Below the pieces are notes generated by a model. It worked only from the letters and a program-made list of their open reading frames with translations, searched no databases and was not told where the DNA came from. Both the position numbers and the translations under genes were made by a program. A stretch of 64,000 nucleotides of DNA, from contig CAVNZM010000008.1 in the NCBI GenBank assembly GCA_963693365.1, positions 1,736,001-1,800,000 on the forward strand, written 5' to 3'. Within the stretch, counting starts at the first letter, position 1. The number at the start of each line of letters is the position of its first letter. Positions 20,830 through 52,123 of the stretch are shown in pieces. This DNA is from Amoebidium appalachense (taxonomy: Eukaryota; Protista; Ichthyosporea).

Positions 20830-20995
20830 TAGGCAAAGTATAATCATAGATGCCACAAACGAGCCAGTAATTATTAGCCTCAGCCGGCGAAGCAGCACGC
20901 CGGGCACGGATAAGGTACCTCCTGCATAAGTGGCTACCTCCTGCATAAGTAGGCCGCTATTCTTGCGCTCATACCAGTCCTTGTGTGCCTGTGTG
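20830..20995 (-). pseudogene. Relic 3' end (partial last exon plus 3' flank) of a paralog of the esterase gene
   Basis: Encodes TQAHKDWYERKNSGLLMQEV..PYPCPACCFAG* versus TQAHKDWYERKNNGLVMREVSYPCLTCCLAT* at 6553-6456. Similarity continues past the stop (ggctcg.ttgtggcatctat...tttgcctaat). It is frameshifted by a tandem duplication of tacctcctgcataagt (20916 and 20935, 19-bp period). Confidence 0.85.
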
Positions 20996-21422
20996 ATGGT
21001 GCACAAACAACATTGAAATGCAGAGTGTGGGGGAACACCAACACGATCGGGACGTTTCCTTTTCCTTCCAAAGTTTGTCTCTCGTTCGTTAGTTTCGGAC
21101 AAGTTTTAGACAACAAAAACAGTAAGAATAGAGCCTTGGTATTAGAGGAGTGGCTTTCTGCTCGTGGTTGTGTTGGCCCAGGGCAAGAACACACTCTTTT
21201 TCCACAGTAAAACAGCGCGGTGCACAAGTGCGCGCGCGTGCACACACACACACACACACACGCAGACACACACACACACACACGCGCGCGCACACACAAC
21301 TAAGCAGAGGCTGAGTCTACGGCTGTCGAAAAGCTCCCCCCCCCCCCCCCCCCCCCTCCTCCTCCCCTCTCCATCGGGCCCTTCCAGGAGCCCGGCTCAC
21401 CAACCGTCCACCCACACATACA

Positions 21423-21467
<45 letters not shown>

Positions 21468-21913
21468 CACCACCCCACCCCACACCACCCTAGCCCATCC
21501 CTACGCAGGCCTACCCACCATACCCCACCGTGCTTCTCCCCTCCCATCCCAAACTGTTCAGCAGTGTGCTGTAACGGTCAGCCGTCAGTGCCCACACCGA
21601 CAAGTGCCACCGGAGAGTAGTCGATTGTTGTGCAGGATGCTCAAGTTCTCCGTGGCAGGCTGTCTTAAACAGTAAGTCCACTCATTTCTCTCCCTCCCCC
21701 CCCCCCCTCTCTCTCTCTCTCCCCCCCTTCCCCCCCCCCCCTCTCTCCCCCCCCCTCCACACCCTCCCCCCCCCCCCCTCTCTCTCTCTGTGTGTATGCC
21801 TGTCTGTCTGCCTGTCTCCCTCTCTTTCCAACCCCTCCCCCCTTCACTTACACACACACAAACAAACACGTGTGCGCACGTGCACGCACGCACACACACA
21901 CACTCACACACAC

Positions 21914-21944
<31 letters not shown>

Positions 21945-21959
21945 AACTCATACATGCAC

Positions 21960-24591
21960 AAACTCGCTCTCTCTTTTTCTTTTGCTATCTCTCAGAGCCT
22001 TATCCTCTTTTTTTGAGTGCTATCCTTTTCCTACCTTAGATCTCCCTTGATCTGCTCCCCCCTCCTCCTCCCACCTTTCGCCTCCGTCTATCCCAGCTCA
22101 AGTCACAGTGGGGTAGAGTTGATGTATGTGTATGCTATGCAGAAACACCCTATATATATGCGCCTATTAGAATCTGCACAAGCCAGACCAGATTCACATC
22201 TCGTACTAGATACATGCACTAACTTTATTGTTGATGATTTAATAGATCTCGCTGATTATGCTGGTGGTTGTAGGAAGGAATATCCCAATGCTCTCTTGTT
22301 ACCAAACACCACTCCCGCTAGACTAGGTGAGCCCCTGTCTCAAAAGGAAAGCTTGCGCCGGCTTGCTAGTATGAATCGATTTGGCCCCCCTGCTCGTATT
22401 ATTGGGGATACGTATACCACTGGAGACCCCCTCATAGACTCTGATAAGTATTTCTCGGAACTGTTTAAAGATAGGACCCCCGCTTAGAAACCTATTGTGT
22501 GACCTGTAGACCCATCTATCCCCATAGAATCGATCCTCCCCTTTTTCAGTCCCGATACCATATGGTCTGTGATATCTAGTTATAGCTCTAGTAAGTCTTG
22601 TGGACCTGATGGACTTCCTGCTGGGTTTCTTAAAATCCTTGTTCCTTCCTACCCACAAAAGGAAAGTGATCCTGCTATTAAACCTGATCTTACTATTATG
22701 TTAAGCTCTCTCTTTTCTTGCTGTGTTAAATGTGGACATGTCCCGTCATCTTGGTTAGATACCTTAGTGATCCCCATAGTTAAGAAGGACTCTGGGGGCC
22801 CCATATCATCTTTTCGCCCCATCACACTAACCCAGGTTGTTCGTAGATTCTTTGAAGCTTGCTTACTTAGGTTATTTGCACATCACCCTAGGTTTCAATC
22901 TATTCTTCACATACACCCATGCGAATCCGCTTTTCGTAAGAACAATTCATGTTATGTTCAAATAACGGCATTGCACGATTCTATGCAAGTTGGTGCACGA
23001 TATGTTGGCTTTATTGATTGGAAAACTGCTTACGATTCTGTCTCCGCTGGTCTCTTATGGGTAAAGCTTGCTGCACGGGGTGTACCACACTGCATTGGTG
23101 TTCTGTTAGAAGCACTCTTGTCTCAAACCTATGGTAGAGCTGTGGTTAATGGGCATCTTTCATATGGTTTTGCTCGTACTAGAGGTCTCTTGCAGGGTTC
23201 ATTGCTTAGCCCCTTTTTGTTTAACCTATTTATAGATGATTTGGCAGTCAAGATTTATGCCGAAAATGATGACACTATCAATAACTTTCCGCCTGCACTT
23301 CTCTATGCTGATGATCTGTCCCTCCTTGCCCGTACCCCTAGACGCCTGCAAAGATTGTTCGATGTAGTGTCAGAGTGGTGCAAGGCAAACCTTATGACCC
23401 TTAACATAGACAAATGTGGTGTTCTTGTACCTGATATAGCTAACAATTTACACACATTTACATTGTCATCTAAACCTGTACCTATAATTCCAGAATACAA
23501 ATATCTTGGTGTTCCGGTTAATTCTGTTGGTGTTATGTTTTCTCATATGGTCGAAAAGAGGGTAGAGTTGGCTCGTAAGCGGTTAGCTTTCTTCTCGGCT
23601 AATATTTTTAAAGACACACCCATCCATCCTTCTATTAGACTTACATTTATTCGCACTTTTGTCTTCCCGGCATGTGAATATGGTTTACCCCTTCTCGCCG
23701 CTTGGATCAAGAAAGAGAGAACTTCTGAGAGCGCTTAAACCCTTGGCAAATTTCCTTGAAGCATAAGTTGCCTTCTTTCTAACTAACAACTGTTGTAAAC
23801 CTGGGCCTGCAACGCTCTCGATATATGGTCTGGCCCCAATAGCTGCTAGAGTATCCCATCTCGCGCTGAAATTCAATAAGCACATAAGCCGCTTAAAGAA
23901 GTATTTGCCCTCCCATTCTCTCTTCTCTATCCGACCTGTCCCCTCCTCACCTCTCCCCTCTTTCCTTCCCTCTCTCTCTCCTTCTCCCCCGGGCACAAAT
24001 ACAAATAAACCCCGCAAAAGTGTGCGTGTGACTTTGGACTGCCACTTACTTATTAAACATGTACACAATCACAAGATAATCACGCAGTATAACAAATGGA
24101 AAAAGATACCACACGACACTAGACCCGATGAAAGCAGACACCTTGAAAAACTAAGCCTTATGTCTCGTTTTATATATAATGACCGCCTTAGCCATATTGC
24201 CAAATATGGCACTCGCAAATGTATAACACCTAAATACATATTACCTTCCTGTAGAACTGGTCTTCCTCTAGCTGATGGTATTATTGATCAATTACCACGC
24301 TTTTACTGTACACGTGCTATACAGTGGAGATCTAATAAGTATAAGGTGGCATCGTTTGCATGCCCAAACAACACACACACACACCAGTTTAAACGGTCAT
24401 GTATCGCCAAATGTAGTTTGATAGACCACATAATACCGCAACACACACACGTCACATTCACAACAGACACCCAGAAAGATAGCCTACCTGTAAATTACAA
24501 CATCCTTGATTTTATACTAAACACGCGTAACTACGACCTGTTTATTAGGTGTATTGATTGGCTTGAGAAACACATCATTACAAAATTCTAG
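21960..24591 (+). mobile_element. Decayed non-LTR (LINE-like) retrotransposon: linker + reverse transcriptase + C-terminal Cys/His region; no endonuclease visible
   Basis: RT motifs KSCGPDG, FRPITL, ESAFRK, FIDWKTAYDSV, RGLLQGSLLSPFLFNLFIDDL, LYADD, LNIDKC and YKYLG (22569-23738). ORFs 22017 and 22569 share a frame and are separated by TAG (22485) and TGA (22500). A frameshift in an (AG)n run at ~23712-23720 and a TAA at 23764 precede the C-terminal part (QWRS..CPNN..H.FKRSC...C..NILDFILN), which ends at 24591. The 5' boundary is approximate. Confidence 0.9.
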
Positions 24592-24612
24592 CGCACGCAC
24601 GCGCGCGCCGCG

Positions 24613-24748
<136 letters not shown>

Positions 24749-25298
24749 CCAGCTGATACCGAGTGTCCCAGGGGAGCCCCCCCCCCCCCCCCCCCCCCCC
24801 CACCCAAAAAAAAAAAATAAAATAAAAAAAAAATAAAAAAAAAATAACGGGGAACCCCAACTAATTGATTTTTCTTAGTCTTTATGGTATCCCGTAGAGA
24901 AAGTAAACCCTGATATATAGTCATCACCCGACATCTATGTACGTGATCATGATATACCGCTGAGGGGATATTCCGAGCAAAACCCCCCCATACCTGAGAC
25001 TGGTCTCTCTTTGCCTCGAGTAAACAGCGTAAACCCCTAAATCATATGCTCTTTAAAATATATATGGGTCATGCATATTTGTGACCCTATTGTACATGTG
25101 TCGCCGTGTTTGTTTACCACTTAGCGCAACCTGACCGCTGTGGAGTACGGCCGACCAGACCGTTTTAAAGAAAATAGTGTGAGACGCGTACCGCAGGTTT
25201 GGTGTCGGCCAACATGCTCAATTACAGCGCCCCTAAGGCCATCCCCGCCCCCCCCCCCCCTCCCCCCCCCCTCCCCCCACCCCCTCCCCCCCCCCCCT

Positions 25299-25337
<39 letters not shown>

Positions 25338-25735
25338 TGTTCGAGGGACCACTGAGCGTCGAGTTCGTATCACTGTGTATGCGGGCTAATATTGGTCCAC
25401 GGCAGCTAGCTGGGCATCATGGTTTAAACCTTGAAGTCTGTATGTCAGCCGCAGTATGTATTGCGTATGTACAGTAGCTACACCACACCAGACCACTTTC
25501 TGCTGAGCAATTCCTCCAGACGCAGGCATCTCTGCCCGCGCAGAAGAAGTTACTGTATTCTGCTCATGTCAGCTGCTCATGACCGCAGCAGAATAAACTG
25601 CCAATCGATATCAGGGATATCGATTCCGACACATATGTGCCTTTGTACGTACACGTTGTACGTGTGTGCGTGTGTACGATACACAGTACGGGCGCGCGCG
25701 CCGTGTGTGTGTGTGTACCACGGGGTGTGTGTGTG

Positions 25736-25769
<34 letters not shown>

Positions 25770-25839
25770 TGTGTGTGTGTGCGTGTGTGTGTCTGTCTGT
25801 GTGTGTGTGCGTGTGTGTGTGTGTGTGTGTGCGTGTGTG

Positions 25840-25893
<54 letters not shown>

Positions 25894-26504
25894 TACGTGT
25901 ACACATGCACGTTGTGATGAATCATCATGAATTCGTGCCGACGTCCACACCGTGATAAACCGTTCCACCGTGATGGTATTGTAGGCATCGGTGTCTGCAT
26001 GGCTGTAAAGTATACACACATACAGTTGGCATTTAAGTTTCTTTAAATCACTGGGGCTTTGTACAAAGCCTGAATTTCAACTGTGGTAGTAGAACTCGTT
26101 CTTCTGTACGTACAGTTCAACAGTGAAGTTGTCTACATGATTCTTTTTTTTCCTTTCTTTTTTTTGGCCGTTTCATAAAAGATTAACCATAATTGCATAA
26201 CGGGCATTTGTTTCAGCACCGCCCGTCGCGAACGTCAAATGCACATACCGCAGCATGCAAAGGCAGCAATCATGTTATGACTTATGAGTGTGATTCTCTG
26301 AGCTCGCTTCTCAATAGAAGATTTCAGAAACGTTCCGTTGCACTTTTATTTGGGTAAGTTCCGGCTCCACGGGAGGATTCTGAGAAGACATTTACAACGT
26401 ACCCACTTAAGCATCATGCCATACACAGCCCGGTCTAAAGACCATCGTGAATCCTGCACCTCTACATTACAGCTGACCCCCCCCCCCCCCCCCCCCCCCC
26501 CCAA

Positions 26505-26600
<96 letters not shown>

Positions 26601-26968
26601 CCCCCCCTCAAACCACCACCACCACCAACTGCAACACCACTAAAGAAAAAGAAAAAAAACCCTGCACACCAACAAATCAAAGCAGGAAGCGGCTATTTTG
26701 AAAAAGACTGGGGAGGAGGAAGGAGGAGATCTAGAGGAGGGGTGGCCGGGGGAACTCTCTATCCATTGGCACGTACTTCAAACATGTCTTACGCTGCGCT
26801 TCTCACGCATGTTTTAAACTACTAACACCTATTTATGCACTTCATTACACACGCATCTTTCTAATCTTTCCCTAAACTATCGCTGTAATCATACACACAT
26901 GCCGTGCATGCCGTGTTTCAATTAATTTATAAATTATATCAATTAAAATTTAGTAGCAACAGCTAAAA

Positions 26969-30737
<3,769 letters not shown>

Positions 30738-32402
30738 CTTGCAAAGCTGTATGTGTCCGTCTGTGGTTAGAAAAGGATAGGAAGGGGTGGGGTGAGGGGC
30801 GGAGGGGGGGAGGGGGGAGGGGAGGGGGGGGGGGGGGAGGGGAGGGGGGGGGGGGGAGGGGGGATTGTTTGGTTAGGGTATGTGTGCAGAGGGCAACCCA
30901 TGAGACCAGCGGCTGGATGGAGTATATGTAGGTAAACGGGAGTGGTTGCATCGTTCCAGTTAATTTATGATAAATATCGTCCGAACACTGTGTGGCTGGT
31001 GTGGGGCAAGTGAAACCGCCTGGTATATCTTGATGATACACTTCTCCGAACTAAATGTTGTTTGTGTTTTCTACGTCTGTGTGTGCCACAAAGGCCATGG
31101 CTACTGAACAACCACAAACGCCAGAGAAAACATGGCTTGCATTTATGCACCAGCCTGATATCACACAGCCGCCCCTTTTGTGCGACGTTGAATAATTGTA
31201 CCCCTGTATATGTTAACCTTGCTGTACGAGGGAAATTGGTCGAAGAATGGGAATCTTTGGTAATATTAGGGCCACGCGCTATTGAGGGCAGAAGGCCCTG
31301 TGTTGAAGACTTTACTTGTTTCCGGAAAACAGTGGGGTGTAAACAGGAGAAACGATTAGTGTGAACAGAAGGAAAATTGATAGTTTGTTGGAAAGGGAAG
31401 GGTGTTGTACATACGTCCATGGGTTGCAAGTGGTGGGTAGGGGGAGGGGGTAGGGGCAGGGTGCGAGATGCATTGGTGAGGGGGGACGAGCGGGGGAGGG
31501 TGTGTGGGAAAGGCAGGAAAAGAGAGAGATTTAAGAAATCTTCAAGGTAAAGACAGGAATCTATGGATAATTCCGCCTACGCAGCTCACCTTGAGTCCGT
31601 GGCTGGCCTTAAGGACGCGTTCACACTATGTTTCTTTTCATTTACTCAACCCGTCCTTAGCTAGGCATAGTGTAGATTGCGACTTTCGCGTGGCGACATC
31701 ACCCCCGCATGACGGACTCAAAAGCACTCTTGGAATGCAGAGGAAGCAGAAACCTGCTATATTTGGCTAATATTTCAATCTTTTGTTTACAGAACGAAAA
31801 GGTGGACCAATCATGTTGATGTACTTGGGTGCTTGGGTCAGCCAATGGGTAGGCGTTATGGTCATGCCTACACACTCCATGAGCCAAGCAAGTCAAAACC
31901 CCGGGAGTGGCGGGACCCAAAACCGAGAACAGCCGAACAAAAATGATTGCAGTACACTAATACATAAATAGGATAGAAAAATTTATTAGAAATGTCAGGT
32001 AAAATAATAATTGGCCCAAATTTGAGTGTATGAGGGTTTTCGGTAGGGTGCAAAATCACGGAATTTCGGCGGATGCGAAAAGGTCGATGATGCCGTGTCA
32101 TTGGTCAGTCAAGATTTTGGCGGGAAAAACGATGTCGTCGACTGGCCGCGGCTTTACGGAATTTCACGAATTCGAAGTTCACTTCTGTCCCAGATACATA
32201 CTGTGTGACTATAGTGTAATACACGTGTGTGATATACATGCAGTTTCTCGGTGAAACGAATCAGAACAGACTCATTTCTACAAATTCTCACAGTGAAAAA
32301 AGAGAAGCCCCCAAGATTTTTGGCACAATCTAAGCGTGCATGTTTTGTTAGAGCACAGCCTGCACTGAAGTGAAGGGGGTGGCCTACCATCAATCAGACA
32401 AC

Positions 32403-36345
<3,943 letters not shown>

Positions 36346-37853
36346 CGCGCGCGCGCGTGTGTGTGTGCGTGCGTGTGTATTCACGCAATTGCAACTGCAC
36401 ACTTGCACGTGCACTAGTCAAGGGGGATTCCACGAGTTAATGGGTATTTTCTCAATTGAAAACCACCAAGATCTTAGCATTCGAAGGATTCTATACATGC
36501 GAATGTGACATTGCTTGAATTTTTCAACCTTTAAATTTAGACTTCAGAAATGCCCTCCGCTAAATATTGGCCCCTGGGAGAGGGGCTGGGGGGGGGGGGG
36601 GGGGGGGGGGGGGGGGAGCTGGGTGGTTGAGTGGCATGGTGTTTGTGTGTGTGGAGTGAGTGGGGCCTTTTTTTCCCTCTTCTTTTTGGCGCTTTTCGAG
36701 GGGGGGGGGGGGGGGGGGGGGGGGGAGGGGGGGGGAGGGGGGGGGGGTAGGACTCTGATTCATGTGGTTTCTTAGGATCGTGGTTCATGTGTATGCATGC
36801 GATGATAGTTTTATCTTTTTTCAAATTGAAGTGTGATGTGGCCGTGTGGGAATGAGCCCAACACCTGGCAGTGTGCATGGCAGGCTGGTCCTGCTGATGC
36901 GGAAAATATAGTCACTTGGACTGAACGGTTGTGTGTGCGTGTGCGTGTGTGTGTGTGTGTGCGTGTGTGCGTGTGTGCGTGTGTGCGTGTGTGTGCGTGT
37001 GTGCGTGTGTGCGTGTGTGCGTGTGTGTGGGTGTGTGCGTGCGCGCGCGCATGTGCATTTGTGGGGATGCATGGGAGTATGTTTGCGAGTGTGTGCAGCT
37101 AATGCATGAAGATCTAAGGGAGAGGATGAGCTCCCACGCCTGGCAAGGAGGCCGGGGGGGTGGGGGGGTACGTGTCCAACCAACATTCTCGTTTATTATT
37201 TACGAAGTCCATTTTTTCATAGGCCAGTTTCAGTTCTAGCTTGCGCAGTTATACGTTTAGTGGCTCCAACAAAATATAATCAAACGTCCAATAGAAACCA
37301 AAACTTAAAAAACTTTGAAAAGAAGCACAGATATGTTATGATTGGCTCTTTGTTTTCTTCTGTTTATGGAAGAATAATAGTGCAGATAATCCGATTTCTT
37401 TTTTTTTTGTTTTGGATATCTACAACTTTACAAATAGGGGTGCTAGAAGACCAGTGTGTTATCAAAGAGTCCAAAGGGCCTTTGAATGAATTCTACCCAT
37501 GCATAGGTCCGTACGTGTGATAGTCTGTGTGAGAAGAGTGCGCACTTGCACCCCAGCCCCAAAAGAGGTATTCGAATTCATTTCAAAACTCCCGAGCAAG
37601 TATCGCGTGTGTATGTGGAACTGTAAAGAATATATTGCGCACAAGCCCAGACCGAGGTAGACCACAATGCATGCACGTGTGTGCATGAAATCGTCCGTGT
37701 GTGTGTCCGTGTGCCTGTGTGTGTGTGTGTGCAGGTGTGTCTCCACACGTGTGCACTGCATGTGCCCATTGTGCACGTGTATGTGTGCCCGTGCACATCT
37801 TCTCCACCCCTTGTGCCCTGACCAGCAGGGCATCCCTCTGACGTCACCAAATA

Positions 37854-48263
<10,410 letters not shown>

Positions 48264-49490
48264 ACTGTGTACTAGTAAACGACGTTTCCTCGGACTAGGG
48301 TCAAGCTGGACACTGAACACTAACATGAAAGCACTGGGCTATGGTCTGCCCACACACCTACGCAACACTAAAAAAACGACCTCAAGAAACGGAGTTGAGG
48401 GGAGAGGAAGTGTTGTGGGCTATGGAACGCCAGCATAGATGTAGCAAACAGCACCTCTACAAAAAATATTTGTTGATAGTTACAGACTAGGGGTCAGTGT
48501 TTCATGGCATCACCACGTATACAGTGTAGCCTACGTACTGTACACTTCCTGAAGGCGGCCAGGCTGGCAGCTTGGCCCATGCATCTGAACGCTTAGGAGT
48601 AATTGATTGGTGCCGAAGTTGTTGTGTGGTGCAGTATAATCCAATCAGCAGACGATATTTTTATGATGCAATATGAACCAATCAACAATCGGTGAAACGC
48701 GCTTGCAATTGCAAGTTGCAAGTTGAGTGCTGCTCAGCCCACAAGGCTGCAACTTTGGAGTCTTTGTGCGGCAAATTAAACTGAACCAGCTGCCCTTCTC
48801 AGTGCTCGTGATTGAGCTGCAACCTTGCCAAAGCAACGCACACATACTCTACTATATATCATGCACACAGGCATCTCTCACAGAAACCAACTGCACTCCC
48901 AGGACATCATTCAACGATGAACCAAAAAAATTCGTCTACAGAATACGACACTGCATATGCATATGCATGCGTAGCTACGTGCACATCGAAGACGTGGCTA
49001 CACCGGCACCCGCATACCCACAAATCTACCTGTTCACACGTGAACAGATGCCCTGGAACAACCAGGTGTCTTTACAATCATGCGCACCATGCCACACGGA
49101 CACGGTGTGCGAAATTCTGCGAATAGTGTCACTGTGTCACCCTTCAAATTCCTGCTTGTGTATATTTCCATTTTTGGGTATTTGCTTATTTGTTCTATTG
49201 GCCGAGGACTTTCCCATCCGGGCTTTGGAAGTTCAAACACACCGATCACAGTGGGCATCATTATAGGGGTTTACACACTTTTTATTGCGTGGACACTGCC
49301 GGGCCGCGACAGAAAGCATGCACGCGGTCCCGAGAGTGTAAGAAAAACCCTGCAGCGAACGTAAAGTTCGTCGCAGCGCGTGCACACCGTCAGTACGTGT
49401 GAGCCCTGAGCCCTTTTTGCCAAAAAAAGAAAAAAAGAAAAGAAAAGAAAAAGAAAAAAAGAAAGGAGACACCGCCTCAGTAGGTGGTAG

Positions 49491-49849
49491 ACAAATGAAC
49501 GGCCAACCACTGTTTTTCTATGCCATGCCAGGAACAGCACCTGATAATGTTGACTGGATACGGAGGAAACAAAACACTGTAATGAGGTTTCACAAGAGCT
49601 CCTACGCCATTAGGCTGAAAATGAAGGAGGCCAACAGCAACCTGACAGAGAAGTATGGCGTTGATGAGAAAGACTATGCGTCTCATGGTGGATGTTTTCC
49701 TCTGATTCTTAGAGGAACGGGATGTGTAGGGACTATCACCATATCGGGTCTGCCGCAGCGAGAGGACCACGGGATCGTGGTGAATTCAGGTGTTAGCTGA
49801 ATACTTGGGCCATTTCTATGAAGAATTGAAGCTATCCTCGTTGTTCTAA
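49491..49849 (+). pseudogene. Truncated UPF0303 / heme-degrading (GlcG/HbpS-fold, YBR137W-like) gene fragment
   Basis: QMNGQPLFFYAMPGTAPDNVDWIRRKQNTVMRFHKSSY...DYASHGGCFPLILRGTGCVGTITISGLPQREDHGIVV matches the family motifs. A frameshift near 49783 continues IQVLAEYLGHFYEELKLSSLF*. The N-terminal third is missing and no intron is present. Confidence 0.8.
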
Positions 49850-50745
49850 GAAGTTGTTTGCTGAAAGGCCGGCACCGACTAACACATGCGGCACATCCCA
49901 AAAGTTACTCTCACACAAAGTCCTTTCGGTAATAGGACAGTCTATCTATGTAGCTTGTCCCTCCACTTGTGTGCAAAGTTTGTACATGCTTGGTTTTCTT
50001 TTTGTCTGAGTTGATAGGTGTAGTTACATCAGGCTCCTATATAATAATAAATATCCATCAAAGCAACTGCTGAGATTACAGATCGAGGTTTGGGGAAAGC
50101 TACGTTTAACAACACTGCAGATATGTGTCCTGAGGTATGCGAAGTAGTTATATATATGGCGGATGAGGTTGCATGGCCACAATCCTCTCGTAAATACAAA
50201 GTGTAGGAGTGGGTGTATGTCCCAAGCATGCATGCACACATTATAATACAAACTCTACCCTCTCCGAAGCTCTTATCCTCCGAGAGACTCTCTCTCTTCC
50301 CTCCCTCAGGCAGTGGACGTGTGAGTGTATTGGTGGGTTTGTGCCTGTGTTCACGATGGCTGTGTGTGTGTGCCCTAGCAACGTTCCCTTCCTGGACCCT
50401 CTCTTTCTCTCCCTGCCTCTCTCTCTCTCTCTCACGCTCGATCTCGCTCCCCCCATCCCCCCCCCCCCCCCCCCCCCCCCCCCACCCTTCCGAGTCTAGC
50501 TAGCTCTCTTCCTCCCTCCCTTCCACCCTTTCTCCCTCGATCTCTCTCAGCTCTCTCTCACTAGCTCCCCTCCTCCCTTTCTCCTTCTCTCTCTCTCTCT
50601 TCCTCTTCGTCTCTCTCCCAGTCCCTTCTCTCACTCTCTCTCGTCCTCCCCTCCCCCCTCTCTCTCTCTCGTGTGCACACGCCGCAGGCATATCTCCCTC
50701 CCAATCTTTCTGTCTTCGAGGCTCTTCCTCTGTGTGTGTGTTCGT

Positions 50746-50783
<38 letters not shown>

Positions 50784-50976
50784 TTTCTTTGCTGCCTCCA
50801 GCCCGCACCTCACCCTTCCTCTCTACACACAATATACATATACACCCCACACACGCTTACACATGCACACTCACAAAGCAGTAGCAGCAGCAGCACCACC
50901 ACCACCACACTCGGCACACACACAAGGAGATACACGTGTACGTCACCATATACACACACACGGGCACGCACATACA

Positions 50977-51068
<92 letters not shown>

Positions 51069-52045
51069 AACACAGGAACACACACGCACCATGAAACATG
51101 CGTAACCAGTTGCTAGGTTACTGCACCTCTAGATCTCCGTAAGTATTTTCAAATACGTAAAACTAGCCTAACAAAATATTTCTGCCAGTGGCGCCCGCTG
51201 GTCCTCTCTTCGCGAGCACTATGTCAAACCCTCTCAGTTACTGGGATATGTGGGATGTACATGTATTCCCCAGTGCTTGCAATTGAGTGTTCCTCGCCCC
51301 AGCCAGGAGCTTGACCGACTCGTTCATTAATGGCCAACTGTACATGGATAGCTCTGTCATTACATTTTGCACTGTACGTGTGCACTCTGCCATTATTCAG
51401 AGGCCTGTGTGCAGCATGCCGGCATGATGTGCACATGAGCACGCACACCGTCAGACTGTCGTCCCCCTTGCATGTGGCCCTCAAGCAACATGTTTCTGTA
51501 GCTACTTTTGATGGTGGCTCTTATTCTAAGGGGGGACGGCGTCAGCTTCCAAAGCAATTAATCACGTGCTTCTCCATTGCCCCGGGGCGGCTGGGGGGCA
51601 AGTCAGATAAGAAGGCCTCAAACCGTTCAGTGCGTGGACACGTCATGAGGCTTCATCTGGAAGTGTACGCACGTGTGATAACAGGTCTGAGCTGTGTGGA
51701 GGCTCCCTACACTCCACGTTAGTAGGAGCTGCACCAGCGGCGGTGAGGCTGTGAGCCTGTGAGCTCCTTTCTTTATGCAGATCCTTTGCAGTTTCCTGGG
51801 ATTACTCAGTCTCTTGGTCTGTCTATAGGTGGCGGTTAAACAGTGCTTTTGTATTGAGAAATTCGATATAGGCTTTTGAGTATAGTGTTGATGTACCTTT
51901 AGCTCACTACTCGGAACACGAGCTGGCGTGACTCCGCACTAGTCTCCAAGGCTATGTACCCGCTGGCTTACGTACAATAAGTGGCCGGGCCCGGCCTTAC
52001 TACGCTGCGGGACGTCGCCTGGCGACATAGGCCTAAAAAAAAAAA

Positions 52046-52123
52046 GAAGAAGAAGAAGAAGAAGAAGAAGAAGAAGAAGAAGAAGAAGAAGAAGAAGAAG
52101 AAGAAGAAGAAGAAGAAGAAGAA
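52046..52123. repeat. (GAA)26 microsatellite preceded by a poly-A run
   Basis: Read directly from the sequence. Confidence 0.97.

Noticed and set aside
24100-24160. 'RPD' as a restriction-like endonuclease motif in the retroelement
   Set aside because: It lies upstream of the Cys/His cluster and lacks the downstream acidic and Lys residues. RLE domains follow the zinc knuckle.
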